Origin: Candidatus Latescibacterota bacterium
GTDB taxonomy: Bacteria; Latescibacterota; UBA2968; GCA-2709665
Direction: 5' to 3'
Assembly: GCA_965248435.1 (NCBI GenBank)
Contig: OZ252100.1
Coordinates: 768,001-832,000, forward strand
DNA length: 64,000 nt
A program made the position numbers and the translations under genes. The notes beneath the pieces are model-generated. The model was given only the letters and a program-made list of their open reading frames with translations, made no database searches and was not told the DNA's origin. Positions 47,406 through 58,252 of the stretch are shown here, in pieces. Each line of letters starts with the position of its first letter. The first letter of the stretch is position 1.

Positions 47406-49795
47406 GCGAACCCCATCACCTCCAAGTGGCGGTTGACCCTGGCCTCCAGGTCGGCCACGCGGTCGGCCATCTGCGGCAGCGGGGTATCGTAGCGCTCGGA
47501 CAGATCCTTCACGCGCTGGGTGAGTTGCTGGCTCAGGCGGTCCATCTCGCCGTGGATGGCGGCATCGAGCGAGGCCAGCCATTTGTCGTCTACTACCAAA
47601 GCCTTGATCTCGGCCTCGGTGAGCTTCTGATAGTGCGCGTAGGCCTGGGCGTCGAGCGCGGCCTCTGCCGCCTTGAGACGCTTCTTGAGGTCGGCCTCAT
47701 CGTCGTTGAGCTTCAGCCAGTCCTTCAGCGCGGCGGCTTCGTCCTCCACGTCCTTGCCGCCCCCGATCTCTCTCAGCCGGGCGTTGACGTTGGCCTTGTT
47801 CACCTTGTCGAGCTCGGCCAACGCTCCGTCCTCGCCTCCGTGTTCCTCCTCCATCTCCGTGAAGCGTGCGGCGACGCCTTCCAACCCGGCGGCCAGCTGG
47901 TCGATGGCCGCTTGTTCGTCCGCGAAGTAGCGAGCGACTATGAGGGCCTTGGGGATGAGGTCGCAGGTCCAGCCCTTGTCCTTCTCCTTACCCTTCCTGT
48001 CCGTCTCGATGATGCGGGTGGCCTCGGCCTTCCAGCCATCGGCGGCGACCAGGTAGCAGTCGTCCTGCATGGTCTCTGCCCAGAAATCCATCAGGTGCTG
48101 ATAGACGTCGTAGGGGTCGATGAGCGGCTTGCCGGTGTAGTGGGCGAGTAGGCCCTCGGCCAGCGCTGCGATGACCTCCTTGGGATGGCAGCCGGCCTGC
48201 AATGCCTTGAGCGTTACGATGCTCGTCTCCCGCCACGCGGCGAAATGGGCGTTCATGCCCGTGATGAAGGAGGCGAACTCGGGATGCTCGTAGATGGCGG
48301 ACTTGATGGCCGACTTCTCTACGCTGAGATCGAAGTAGCCGGGGCGGCTTTCCTTGAACAGGCTCTGCCGGAGCTGCGGGCAGACGGCCCAGTAGCGCTC
48401 GAGCGCATCGACATCGGCGGCGGGGATGCCGCCCTGAAGGTGACCCGCGATGTCCTGCAGGTCCTCGGGCGTCTGGCTGTCGATGTAGCGCGGCAGGTTG
48501 AGGTTGAACTCGTTCTTCTCGATCTCGGCGAAGGGGACCGTGCGCGCGTATTTCGGGACGTCGAGCCGCCTGTTGAAGACGTCCACGATCTTGTGGATGT
48601 CCATGTTGCGCAGGCGGTTCTTGGGGCCGTCCTTCATGAAGCCGGCGCTGGCGTCGATCATGAAGATGCCCTTCCGGGCCTGGGCGCCCTCTTTGTCTAC
48701 AACGACGATGCAGGCGGGGATGCCGGTGCCGTAGAAAAGGTTGGCAGGCAGGCCGATGATGCCCTTGATGTAGCCCTTCCGCACGAGGGCGCGGCGGATG
48801 TCGGCCTCGACGTTACCGCGGAAGAGCACGCCGTGCGGCAGAATGCACGCGCCCTTGCCAGTACTCTTGAGGGAGCGGACGATGTGCAGCAGGTAGGCGT
48901 AGTCGCCCTGCTTGGCGGGCGGCGTACCGAATGGCTTGAAGCGCTCGAAGGGCTCGTTCAGCGGATCGAGGCCGGTGCTCCATCGTTTGTCGGAAAAGGG
49001 TGGATTAGCGACGACATAGTCGAAGGTCTTGAGGGTGTCGCCGTCCTTGAACTTGGGATCGGCAAGCGTGTTGCCCTGCACAACGAGCGCGGTCGGGTTG
49101 TCGTGCAGAATCATATTCATCCGCGCGAGGCCGCTGGTGGCGGCGTCTTTTTCCTGCCCGTAGAGCGTGACGGCGGTGGCGGCCTCGTCGCCCACCTTCA
49201 GGAGCAGCGACCCGGAGCCGCAGGTGGGGTCGTAGACAGTGGTGGCGGCGCTGGTCCTGGCGTCGCGGATGCCGACGATTTGCGCCATGATGCGGCTGAC
49301 CTCGGCGGGGGTGTAGAACTGGCCCTTGCTCTTGCCACTCTCGGTGGCGAAGTGCCGCATCAGGTATTCGTAAGCGTCACCCAGGATATCGTCGCCCTCG
49401 GCGCGGTTCCTGGAGAAGTCGAGGGCCGGGTTCTCGAAGATGGCGACGAGGTTGGTGAGCCGGTCCACCATCTCCTTGCCGCTGCCGAGCTTGGTGGGGT
49501 CGTTGAAGTCCGGGAAGTCGGAGAGCTTGTTGGCGTTGGCCAGCGGGGCGATGATCTTCTTGTTGATCTGGTCGCCGATGTCCGGCTTGCCCTTGAGCGC
49601 GACCATGTCCTTGAAGCTCGCGCCGGGCGGGATCGTGATCGGCGCGTAGGTCTGGCCGGCGTATTTGTCGCTGACGTACTTGATGAAGAGCAGGACGAGG
49701 ACGTAGTCCTTGTACTGGCTTGCATCCATGCCGCCGCGCAGCTCGTCGCAGCTTTGCCAGAGGGAGCTATAGAGTTCGGACTTCTTCAGGGCCAT
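47396..49795 (-). CDS. hsdM: Type I R-M methyltransferase subunit M
   Basis: GQFYTP, YDPTCGSG, NPPF. Confidence 0.96.
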   Translation of the reverse strand: MALKKSELYSSLWQSCDELRGGMDASQYKDYVLVLLFIKYVSDKYAGQTYAPITIPPGASFKDMVALKGKPDIGDQINKKIIAPLANANKLSDFPDFNDPTKLGSGKEMVDRLTNLVAIFENPALDFSRNRAEGDDILGDAYEYLMRHFATESGKSKGQFYTPAEVSRIMAQIVGIRDARTSAATTVYDPTCGSGSLLLKVGDEAATAVTLYGQEKDAATSGLARMNMILHDNPTALVVQGNTLADPKFKDGDTLKTFDYVVANPPFSDKRWSTGLDPLNEPFERFKPFGTPPAKQGDYAYLLHIVRSLKSTGKGACILPHGVLFRGNVEADIRRALVRKGYIKGIIGLPANLFYGTGIPACIVVVDKEGAQARKGIFMIDASAGFMKDGPKNRLRNMDIHKIVDVFNRRLDVPKYARTVPFAEIEKNEFNLNLPRYIDSQTPEDLQDIAGHLQGGIPAADVDALERYWAVCPQLRQSLFKESRPGYFDLSVEKSAIKSAIYEHPEFASFITGMNAHFAAWRETSIVTLKALQAGCHPKEVIAALAEGLLAHYTGKPLIDPYDVYQHLMDFWAETMQDDCYLVAADGWKAEATRIIETDRKGKEKDKGWTCDLIPKALIVARYFADEQAAIDQLAAGLEGVAARFTEMEEEHGGEDGALAELDKVNKANVNARLREIGGGKDVEDEAAALKDWLKLNDDEADLKKRLKAAEAALDAQAYAHYQKLTEAEIKALVVDDKWLASLDAAIHGEMDRLSQQLTQRVKDLSERYDTPLPQMADRVADLEARVNRHLEVMGFAWN

Positions 49796-49970
49796 TCGCT
49801 AGTTGCTCCAAGCATGAGACGCCGCCGGTAACCCCTTGGCACGGTCGGCGGCGCGGTAACCTGCGAGCCTCGAAAACCTGGGTTCCCGGCCGCCTATTTC
49901 TCTCCCGTCGTGCTCTCTAACATTGAGTTCCTCATCGCAGCCAAGTAGCAGGCTGGCACTCTGTTCAGGC

Positions 49971-50039
49971 GCTCAACGTCCTGCTTAAGCTGACAAACCA
50001 GCGAAGCTGTATTTGGTCAGCTTCAAGTAGCTGTTAGGC
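49971..50039 (-). mobile_element. attC integron recombination site
   Basis: Minus strand: GCCTAAC (overlapping the upstream stop) AGCTACTTGAAGCTGACCAA..TTGTCAGCTTAAGCAGGAC GTTGAGC. Matches RYYYAAC/GTTRRRY with an extrahelical G. Confidence 0.8.
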
Positions 50040-51110
50040 GGCATTGCCTTTATCCTTCGGTTCTCTACCTACTACACGCGTGTAGCCCTCGCGCGTACTG
50101 AATGCCCTGGCCAAGCGTTCGATCCAAGCTTTGGTGTAGACGTAATCCCCATGGGTTTTATCGAACACGCAGTATTCTCCACGGGTCTGTTCGGGTTTTC
50201 CGACACCATATTTCGGCCGGACTTTGTAATATCTCCATGCATCAGTGTGGGTCGCCATCGATATTTCGTATAGCAGTCTTTCGTTTAACTCTTTAACTAC
50301 GTCACTTGGTCTATACAGATCCAAATTTGCGATCGGTATTTGCTTTTCCTTTATAAGCACGTTCAACTTCCCAAGACGCTCCAACTCGGTGTCACTCGCT
50401 TCGTCGACCCGAACAAACTCCACGGAAACGTCGGCTGCGCTCTCTCGATTTGCAACCTTCGGAACTAGGAACACGTTAAACGAGTACTTCATGCTGTTCA
50501 GCACATCACCAGGTAGCCCCCCGCGAAATGTTTCAACATATTCTCGTACTGTTTTTACAGCTGAGTTGACCAATTTTTTCGCGGCTGCCTTCTTCTCGGG
50601 AGGCATAATTTGAGAAAATTGAAGTGACACAGCCAACTGTTCCACAAGCGCATATTTCTTCCCGAACTTTGACACTAACAGTTCTTCGAGGTTGAGTAGT
50701 GTAGCTTGGCACTCGCCGTAGAGAGATGGGTCTAGCTCAGGGAGATACCGGTGCTCAATCTTGTTTCGTAAACCGATCAAGAACTCCAAATTCTTACGCT
50801 CGGGAGGAAAGTCGGACCCATAATATTGTTTAAGGCATTCGGATAAATCCCAGTGCTTAGGCTCTCCGTCGATCCGTTGGTAACGAATGCCCGTTCCGGA
50901 ACCGGAATTCCTTTTTCTATACCAAGGTCTCTTGTTGCGTTTATAGAAAATCGCGTGAAACAAGGCTGTCCACGCAATAACAATCATCACTAAGTACTGT
51001 TCGGTTCTGAATCGAGGCCCGGGACGGTTGTAAGCTTCTACGGCCGCGAGAGTTGCAGCTTTGCACTTTTCCAAATTGTCTCGGACCGGTTGAGAAAGTG
51101 CTTTTGCCAT
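50034..51110 (-). CDS. DUF3644 domain protein (HEPN-like)
   Basis: AVEAYN.P..FR....IAWT.L.HA, RNKIEH (Rx4H). Confidence 0.8.
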   Translation of the reverse strand: MAKALSQPVRDNLEKCKAATLAAVEAYNRPGPRFRTEQYLVMIVIAWTALFHAIFYKRNKRPWYRKRNSGSGTGIRYQRIDGEPKHWDLSECLKQYYGSDFPPERKNLEFLIGLRNKIEHRYLPELDPSLYGECQATLLNLEELLVSKFGKKYALVEQLAVSLQFSQIMPPEKKAAAKKLVNSAVKTVREYVETFRGGLPGDVLNSMKYSFNVFLVPKVANRESAADVSVEFVRVDEASDTELERLGKLNVLIKEKQIPIANLDLYRPSDVVKELNERLLYEISMATHTDAWRYYKVRPKYGVGKPEQTRGEYCVFDKTHGDYVYTKAWIERLARAFSTREGYTRVVGREPKDKGNAA

Positions 51111-51396
51111 CAGATTCGCCGTGATTCTCTATGCCACATGACACAAATTATGCAGGTGAGTATAATTCCCGAGCATAATCAATTCTCGGAGGATCTCGCG
51201 TCACGGTTCTATCCTTTCGTGAGCGCAACTTCCTGTATCCATTCGACTACGGAAAAAGTCGGCAAAATCCCTCCGGGTTGATATCCGTGCGAGCCGGAAT
51301 ATAGCGACGCCTATGCCTGATTGCAACAGCCTGCGGGCAGGACTCCAGGTGCCCGGACGGCACTTCCCTGCCCGGAAGTCGTGCTTCGCACTCCAG

Positions 51397-51759
51397 TCAC
51401 TTCGCGAGAGGCACGATCCTGGACTTGCGAATGCGCTGGTCGCGAGTCACCAAGGGCACGGCGTGCACGACACTCGTTGCCGCGATCAACTCGTCTGCCG
51501 GATCCCCCTGAAAGTCCAGGCGGGTGGAAATCCGAGCGACCTCGAAATCAAGCGGCCACACGTGAATACTTGCCAGCGCGTTCTGGATCTCCGCGTCATC
51601 CAGATCGATCTCAACTCTCTGGAGCTGTGCGAGCTTAGCCAGCTCCCAAAGCACAATGGCCGCCACGCCCCACGCGTTTTCTGACAGGAGGTCACGCTCA
51701 CGACGACGCAGATCGCCCTGCAGGGCGTGGATCAGAACGTGAGTGTCAAGATTGAGCAT
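51397..51759 (-). CDS. vapC: VapC (PIN) toxin
   Basis: LDTH, WELAKL, DPAD.LI.ATS, LVTRD. Confidence 0.9.
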   Translation of the reverse strand: MLNLDTHVLIHALQGDLRRRERDLLSENAWGVAAIVLWELAKLAQLQRVEIDLDDAEIQNALASIHVWPLDFEVARISTRLDFQGDPADELIAATSVVHAVPLVTRDQRIRKSRIVPLAK

Positions 51760-51994
51760 CTGCCCCTCGGCTCCGCCTGGCAGGGGCATCCCACGAGACC
51801 CCCGTAGACAAGATGTCACCCCGGATCTCGATCTTGTCTCGAAGCGACCCGATCAGGTTTTCCGGACGCTGCGGGTAGGGAATGATGCGTGCCACAGGCT
51901 TGCCTCGTTTTGTGATGATGAGTCCCTCAGGCGTGAGGCGGTCGATAAGCGCCAGGCATTGCTCTTTAAACTTCGCTGCGCCAATTTTCTCCAC
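51746..51994 (-). CDS. Phd/YefM antitoxin
   Basis: FKEQCLALID..ITKRGKPVA. Confidence 0.9.
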   Translation of the reverse strand: MEKIGAAKFKEQCLALIDRLTPEGLIITKRGKPVARIIPYPQRPENLIGSLRDKIEIRGDILSTGVSWDAPARRSRGADAQS

Positions 51995-52016
51995 GGTTCC
52001 TCCTTTCGCAGAACAT

Positions 52017-52056
52017 GGTCATATAATATGACCAGTCATATAATATAGTCATATTG
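52017..52056. promoter_or_regulatory. Probable TA operator
   Basis: Palindrome GGTCATATAATATGACC plus repeated GTCATAT. Confidence 0.6.
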
Positions 52057-52201
52057 TAGTTGCTGTCAAGGGCAACCGTCTTCCTTTCCTGGCGGCCGTA
52101 AACGGAAAAAGGTCGCGAGTTCAGACTCGCGACCTTTTCATTGTTAAAGCTTCTTGAAAAAGAGAGGAAGGGGGAGCCCTGCCGAAGGGCATCACATTCA
52201 A

Positions 52202-52489
52202 CTAAGCCGCGTGAAGCTTCTTTACGTACAATTTGCCAAGATTCTGCTCTGCTATCCACAGATCATATTGGGTCTGCTGGTTCAGCCAACTCTCTGCTGA
52301 TGTGTCGAACGCTTTTGACAATCGAATAGCCATCTCCGGGCTGATCCCAGCGCGGCCATTTAGAATCGCGGACAAGGTCTTACGGCTCACACCAAGGCTC
52401 TCAGCGGCCTCGGTGATCGTAATCTGCAAGGGTTCAATGCAAAGCTCTCGCAGAACCTCTCCAGGATGCGGTGGATTATGCATCTTCAT
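52202..52489 (-). CDS. higA: HigA addiction-module antidote
   Basis: [28 protein letters not shown]. Confidence 0.93.
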   Translation of the reverse strand: MKMHNPPHPGEVLRELCIEPLQITITEAAESLGVSRKTLSAILNGRAGISPEMAIRLSKAFDTSAESWLNQQTQYDLWIAEQNLGKLYVKKLHAA

Positions 52490-52767
52490 CAGTGGTAGTC
52501 CTCCAGATCTACGTCGTACACATCCGGACCGCGGACCCTGAAGGTGATCCTCCAGTTTCCTGAAACTCGAACAGCCCACGCTCCCTTTCGTTTTCCTCGG
52601 AGCTGGTAGAGGTAAAGACCTGGCAGATTCATGTCTCGTGGACTTGCCGAAGCATTCAGCCGACCTAGAACAATCCGGATACGAGCAGATTGCTGGACCA
52701 GAATCCCACGGCTAGATCCTGTCGTGAAGAAACGCTCTAAGCCCTTATGTTTGAAACCCTGAATCAC
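52489..52767 (-). CDS. higB: HigB (RelE-family) toxin
   Basis: MI..FKHKGL..FF, L.G...G.W...VSGNWR.TF, DYH. Confidence 0.93.
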   Translation of the reverse strand: MIQGFKHKGLERFFTTGSSRGILVQQSARIRIVLGRLNASASPRDMNLPGLYLYQLRGKRKGAWAVRVSGNWRITFRVRGPDVYDVDLEDYH

Positions 52768-53042
52768 AAATTGGAATGTAACCTATTACGTTACGGTTAT
52801 CAAGTTACAAGCAAGACGCAGCTTCCGCAGCCGCCCGCAGGGCTGGGTGTGGGTTCAACCCAATATTCCACGCGTATGGAATATTGGCCGAAATCGATAA
52901 AACGCGCCGGACTGGTAGAGAATCGCCTTGCCGAGCACTGCGGTTCGCAAGCCGCGTACCCATCTTGTCACCCAAAATAAAAAGGTCGCGAGTTCATTCT
53001 CGCGGCCTTCTTCATTCGTTGGAGTAAGATATTTGCGGACTT

Positions 53043-53723
53043 CTAAAAAGCGAGCGAAACAGAAAGTCCCCTACCATAGGGTGTAACGCTCACCGGGGAA
53101 CGCCCGCTCAAATTCACCGATCGACCGATTACGTAGCCGATGGCCGCACCGGCGACCACATCCGAGAGGTAGTGGACGTTCTCTTCCATCCGACCCGCGG
53201 CCGTCAGCGCCCCGAGGGTATACAGAGGCGCGCCGATCTTCCAGCCGTAGTGGCGGCGGAACAGTTCCGCCAGAGCAAAGCTGTTCGCGGTATGACCGGA
53301 TGGAAACGATCGATAATTGCTCCCGTCCGGGCGCTCGCGGCCGACCAGCCGCTTGATCGGGTCGACGACCGCCTGCGTGTAGACGAGCGTTCTAAACGCA
53401 TCTCCTGAAATGGAGGCCAGTTCCCGATTGTTCGTCGCCTTACCTGCAGACCACGCCAGCAGCGAAGCGGAGAGGTTGAACATGCTCGAACCATAAAGAT
53501 TCGTGAGGTCCGTAACGTCGAGAATCCTGATCTTATCCAGCTTTCCTACGCAGTTATTGTCCCAGGTGTGGACCGTGCCTGCGATTCCGAGGCCCAGAGC
53601 CAGAATGTAGAAATTCTCTCCCCGCACCAACGATTTGGCATCCTGTTTCAGGAATCCATCTGAGGCCGATGTGTTCGGGGCTCCAGCAAGGACCAGGCAG
53701 ACGGCTGCGGCGAAACACTTCAT
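53043..53723 (-). CDS. PAP2-family phosphatase
   Basis: K..VGR.RP, SFPSGH, GR....HY.SDV. Confidence 0.88.
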   Translation of the reverse strand: MKCFAAAVCLVLAGAPNTSASDGFLKQDAKSLVRGENFYILALGLGIAGTVHTWDNNCVGKLDKIRILDVTDLTNLYGSSMFNLSASLLAWSAGKATNNRELASISGDAFRTLVYTQAVVDPIKRLVGRERPDGSNYRSFPSGHTANSFALAELFRRHYGWKIGAPLYTLGALTAAGRMEENVHYLSDVVAGAAIGYVIGRSVNLSGRSPVSVTPYGRGLSVSLAF

Positions 53724-54232
53724 CACTGGGACGTCCCTCCTTGGTTCATTTTGTTCGCTTTCTAACTCCTGAGAGGCAGCGAGGTTCCCCAAAACATCGG
53801 AGTTTTGCACGTTATCGTCAACAGAAAGTATGTCGAAGCCCGGATTCTCTAGCATGTCGGTCGAAACCCCGGAAAACATAAGACCCACTACTAAAATCAG
53901 GTAATTGTGCTAAGCGCTGCTTAATTGTGCCCCCGGGGGCACAATCTGAAAGCGCAGACTTCGGGCCGTTTTCAGATATCCGACATGACCTGGTCATAAA
54001 ACTTGACGTGGTCGTCCTTTTCATCGCCCGCACGGAACTCCATGGCCGCCCGCGGATGGATGTTCATGTGCCCTGTGATGTTGTACGCAAGGAGCGGACC
54101 CCATCCTTTCCCTCCGCGAATGGGACAAACCTCCTGCAAAATCCGGGCCTGTAGAACCTCAATAAACAGCCATTTAGCGGAAAAAGTCAAACAATTCAAC
54201 GGGAGGTTGTCATCCGAGCTGTTTTGATACGC

Positions 54233-55171
54233 CTACGGACGGCTGGCTTCCCATCCATAGTCGATGTAGTTCCACTCGACACGATCGCCGTGGAGATCCA
54301 GCACGCAGAATCCCTCTTCGGTCCCGTGCCACGGTCCGCGCCACCATTTCGCGCAGACTGCGCCCCCGGTCACGAACGTCGTTTCCCGCCATCTCAAAAA
54401 CTCGCTGACGTGGAGATGGCCTTGCAGGACCAGAATCAGGTTGTGACCCCTGAAGAGATCCAGGACCTCTGTGTTGTTCACCAGGACTCGATTCTTCGGC
54501 GCCGGGATCGTCAGCCCCTCCGTCGCCGTAAAAAAACTCGTAAGAAGAGGCAGGTGCGTGGCGAGGACGATCGGCGTACCTCTCTGGACACGGGCAAGGT
54601 CCTGCTTCAACCACTCCAGCTGTTCAGGCGGGACTCTCCCGTTGAATTTCAGCTCGCCGCCGGTCACTACGATCGAGTCGAGCACGACGAAGTGGTACCC
54701 CACCGCGTCGAATGCGTAGTAGGTAGACTCCAGGCCGAGCCTCTCGCGATAGATTGCCCGAGGATCCGGACTGGGCGAGGTCCCGTCTTCAGGGATCGCA
54801 GCCACCAGGTCGTGGTTGCCGATCACCGGATAGCTCTCTCCTCGAATTCGTTTATGCATCACCATGTAGGCGTCCCATCTCGGCGCCACGGTCTTTGCCG
54901 AGGATTGGAACCCATCCGTGATCAGATCGCCGCCTGCGATGATCAAATCAGCACCCTGCTCGTTGATCGCGTTTGCGGCAAGCTCCATAGCTCGCGGCGT
55001 GTCCCATTCCGTGCGCGCGTGGATATCCGTGTAGAACACCAGGCGGACCGATCCTTTTTCTGATCCGGTGGCACCCCAGGCAAACCGAAGGGGACCGCTC
55101 GCCAGGACCGACAGCCCGCCGGCGCCCATCGTCTTCAGGAAATGCCGGCGGCTATTGAGAACACATTTCAT
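54233..55171 (-). CDS. Tat-exported metallophosphoesterase
   Basis: SRRHFLK signal; D.H, GD, GNHD, GHLH. Confidence 0.9.
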   Translation of the reverse strand: MKCVLNSRRHFLKTMGAGGLSVLASGPLRFAWGATGSEKGSVRLVFYTDIHARTEWDTPRAMELAANAINEQGADLIIAGGDLITDGFQSSAKTVAPRWDAYMVMHKRIRGESYPVIGNHDLVAAIPEDGTSPSPDPRAIYRERLGLESTYYAFDAVGYHFVVLDSIVVTGGELKFNGRVPPEQLEWLKQDLARVQRGTPIVLATHLPLLTSFFTATEGLTIPAPKNRVLVNNTEVLDLFRGHNLILVLQGHLHVSEFLRWRETTFVTGGAVCAKWWRGPWHGTEEGFCVLDLHGDRVEWNYIDYGWEASRP

Positions 55172-55223
55172 TGCAACCTAGATCCCAGAATCTAATTTTG
55201 TGATTCTTCGCCCCACCCCACAA

Positions 55224-55652
55224 CCCCACGCCTCCGGCGGCCTACTTTTCTTGTCTCGCCACAAGAAAAGTAGGCAAAAGAAAGGCGCCGCTCAGGCGCC
55301 GCGGGGGCTGGGGCCGCGGCACCTTACCCTCAGTGGAAGAATCGAGTTCAACGACAGAGAAGAATTCCTCCCCCCTCCTTATGCCCGCTGCGGGACCCGC
55401 ACCCACTCCGTCCCGGCTTTGCCGGGACACCCCTCCCAGGAGGGGACTTTGACGATCGCTATTCGGTTATTCAACAGAAATTATGGAGGTCCCCTCCTAC
55501 TTCACCCGCGAATTCCATTCGCCCCACCGTCCACCCCTCTGCCACCCCCGGTCCCGCAGAGGTCCCCAACCCCTTGGCGGGTCGAACACGGCTATCTGCA
55601 AGGAGTCGCACACCGCGGCCCCGATGGCATCGAGCGACCCTTTTCGCGAGTT
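55224..55652. repeat. Dispersed structured non-coding element, copy 2
   Basis: Collinear blocks shared with 24827-25179. Confidence 0.75.
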
Positions 55653-55710
55653 CCAAGACCGTGCTCAAATCGGCGAGTCGCAAAATTTTCGCAGTGAAGG
55701 AACTTGCTCT

Positions 55711-56970
55711 TCACCCCTCGGATGCCTTCACACCGGTTCGCTCCCTTCCCGACATACGAAGGTCCACTACCGCCAGACCGAGTATGGCGAACAGGAGCCC
55801 GCCGACGACCTGCCACTCCCTGACGCCTGTCACCAGATCTCTGCTGACGGGGCTTTCGTATTTGGTGTCAGGCAGTTGATTCTGTTCCAGCGTGGCGAGT
55901 TGATCGGGCGTCAGGACGTAGCTTGAATGCCGCAAAGTGTTTTTGAAGTGTTTTTCCAGGATCTGATTTTCCCGGTAGGCCACGGTGAGGTGAGTCCTGT
56001 ACTTATCATGATCGTCTGCGTGCTTTTCGGAGTTTAGCAGGTAGGTGTCTCTTCTGAACAGATGGACTCTCGCTTCGTGCAGGAAGGGATCCGTGATGGG
56101 TGAATACTTCCTGAGAAACGGACGATATGCGGATTTATCCCGAGAGCGATCAAGGATGCCTGCTGCCTCCAGGCCCCGATCCGAATCGATTCGCCAGAGT
56201 TCCTCAGACGATAAGCGGGAGCGGAAGAGACCGGTTTCCGGGTCATCGTAGAGATAGCCGTACTCGAACATCATACTCTCCTGGTTCTTCAGATACGCAA
56301 GGAAAGGAAAGCGATCCGTATACCTGGCAATTCGAGCAGGCGTGTTGAGTAGCGAAATCAGGAGTAAAATCAGTGCGACTCCGGATGCCCGACAAAGCCA
56401 TCGGACGCTTGTCACACTAACGCCCTTCGATATCAAGCTGGGTCTAAGGCCTTTCGCGATGGCGACCAGGGTGAGCGTGCCCGCGAACCCATTCAGCCAG
56501 ATATCCCCCAGCCCCCAGTATCTCCCCGGTGTTGCCCACTGAATGAGTTCATCTATCGTCCCCGCGATAGTACAGAGGATCGCGGCGATGAAATAGATGC
56601 TCACGTCTCTGATGCGATGGCACAGGGCGCGATAGGCCAGAAACCCGAGGAGACCGTATTCGACAAAGTGCAAGGCCTCTTCGGGACTTCTGAGCGCCAT
56701 CGTATACTTGACAAAGATCCCGGATATGACCAACAGCCATACATAGCTGGCCAGCGACATTCTGGAGCGACGAAAATGGATAACTCCGGCTGCGCTCGCG
56801 AGAGCAACAATGCCGATGACGACATAGGCAAAGGTTTCGCGACCCCAATTCAGGTATACGAACTTCTGAATGGCGCGAGCGAAGGGGATGGTCAGGTAGA
56901 TGATGAGCGTCCAGAGACCGACGATCGTCCAGGACACCCATTCCTGTTCTCGGGGTGGATGATTCAGCAT
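55711..56970 (-). CDS. VanZ-like membrane protein with C-terminal soluble extension
   Basis: EALHFVEYG.LG, DE.IQ..PGR....D...N. Confidence 0.75.
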   Translation of the reverse strand: MLNHPPREQEWVSWTIVGLWTLIIYLTIPFARAIQKFVYLNWGRETFAYVVIGIVALASAAGVIHFRRSRMSLASYVWLLVISGIFVKYTMALRSPEEALHFVEYGLLGFLAYRALCHRIRDVSIYFIAAILCTIAGTIDELIQWATPGRYWGLGDIWLNGFAGTLTLVAIAKGLRPSLISKGVSVTSVRWLCRASGVALILLLISLLNTPARIARYTDRFPFLAYLKNQESMMFEYGYLYDDPETGLFRSRLSSEELWRIDSDRGLEAAGILDRSRDKSAYRPFLRKYSPITDPFLHEARVHLFRRDTYLLNSEKHADDHDKYRTHLTVAYRENQILEKHFKNTLRHSSYVLTPDQLATLEQNQLPDTKYESPVSRDLVTGVREWQVVGGLLFAILGLAVVDLRMSGRERTGVKASEG

Positions 56971-57214
56971 AATACCCTCGTTCGTCGTTTATACGACCCA
57001 CCCCGCCCCTTCAGGGCACCCCGGAAAGCGTTTGGTGCGATTGTTAGAGTGCCCTCCTTGGGGGGGGATTTAGGGGTGGGTCTGATGGGCAGAAACCCTA
57101 TTGTGACCCACCCCGACCCAGGAGGGGATTTCGGGGTGAGTGCTTCGGCGAGATACATTTCCTTTTTCTCTCGGCAATCCCAAATCCGCAATCCGCAATT
57201 GAACCAGGCTCACG

Positions 57215-58252
57215 TTACTTGATTATCGCTTCTTTTTCCGCGTCAACCTCCATATCTGCCGAATAGTTCCCGTATCGCGCTGCCCCGTTCAGGCTTGCCC
57301 GATGGACTAGCGCCTTTTGTGCAGACTCCTTCTTTGCCGCGTCGCCCTGCCATGCCTGCAATACCGGCTCCTGCAAAGCGCGCCCATAGGAGAAACTTAA
57401 TTGCCAGGGTCCGCCGCCCAGAGCGTTCATGGCGCTCAGATGTTCTGTGGCTTCTATGGGCGATTGTCCTCCCGACAGAAAAACGATGCCAGGCACAGCG
57501 GCAGGAACAGATCGTCGAAAGCATCTCAGCGTTGCCTCGGCGACCTGCTGAACATCCGCTTGTTTATTACACGCTCTTCCTGGCAATACCATATTCGGCT
57601 TCAGCAGTGTCCCCTCCAGAACAATACGCTGCTCGTGCAGGTGTGCGTAGAGAGATTTCAGGGCACACTCAGTTGCTTCCTCGCATTCTTCAATGCCGTG
57701 CGGTCCATCCATCGTGACTTCAGGCTCGACGATGGGGACGAGCCCGGCCTCCTGCGACAGCGCCGCATTTCGGGCCAGTGCGCGTGCATTCGCATCGATG
57801 CAGAATCGCGTGGGAAGGCCGTCTCCAATCTGCAGGACGGCGCGCCATTTTGTGAACCCAGCACCGAGCTTTCGCCAATCATTGCAGCGGTCGCGCAGCC
57901 CGTCGAGACCTTCGGTGACCTTCTCGCCAGGGAACCCGGGGATGTCTGTGGTTCCCCGGTCTGACTTTATGCCGGGTATGATCCCCTTTTCTGAAAGAAG
58001 ATCAGGAAAGGGAACACCGTCTCGGGTCTTTTGACGAAGCGTCTCATCAAACAGGATGACTCCGCTGATGAATGACTCAATTTTTGGCGCCGTAAATAAT
58101 ATCTCTCGGTAAGATCTACGGTTCTCCTCCGTAGACTCGACACCGATGGAATCGAAACGCTTCACGATCGTGCTGACGCCTTCATCTGCCGCGAGAATTC
58201 CTTTCCCCTCCGCTACCAGCGCCTGCGCTGTCTCTTCCAGATGTTTCGACAT
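57215..58252 (-). CDS. Class I fructose-bisphosphate aldolase
   Basis: GKGILAADE, KWRAV, VPIVEPEV, LLKPNMV, FLSGGQ, FSYGRALQ. Confidence 0.95.
   Translation of the reverse strand: MSKHLEETAQALVAEGKGILAADEGVSTIVKRFDSIGVESTEENRRSYREILFTAPKIESFISGVILFDETLRQKTRDGVPFPDLLSEKGIIPGIKSDRGTTDIPGFPGEKVTEGLDGLRDRCNDWRKLGAGFTKWRAVLQIGDGLPTRFCIDANARALARNAALSQEAGLVPIVEPEVTMDGPHGIEECEEATECALKSLYAHLHEQRIVLEGTLLKPNMVLPGRACNKQADVQQVAEATLRCFRRSVPAAVPGIVFLSGGQSPIEATEHLSAMNALGGGPWQLSFSYGRALQEPVLQAWQGDAAKKESAQKALVHRASLNGAARYGNYSADMEVDAEKEAIIK

Noticed and set aside
48185-49831. Long plus-strand ORFs opposite hsdM, hsdR, dnaX and others
   Set aside because: Antisense shadows of high-GC3 genes, with no recognisable motifs.
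53972-54199. 75-aa ORF
   Set aside because: No recognisable motif or RBS; possibly a gene remnant but unsupported.
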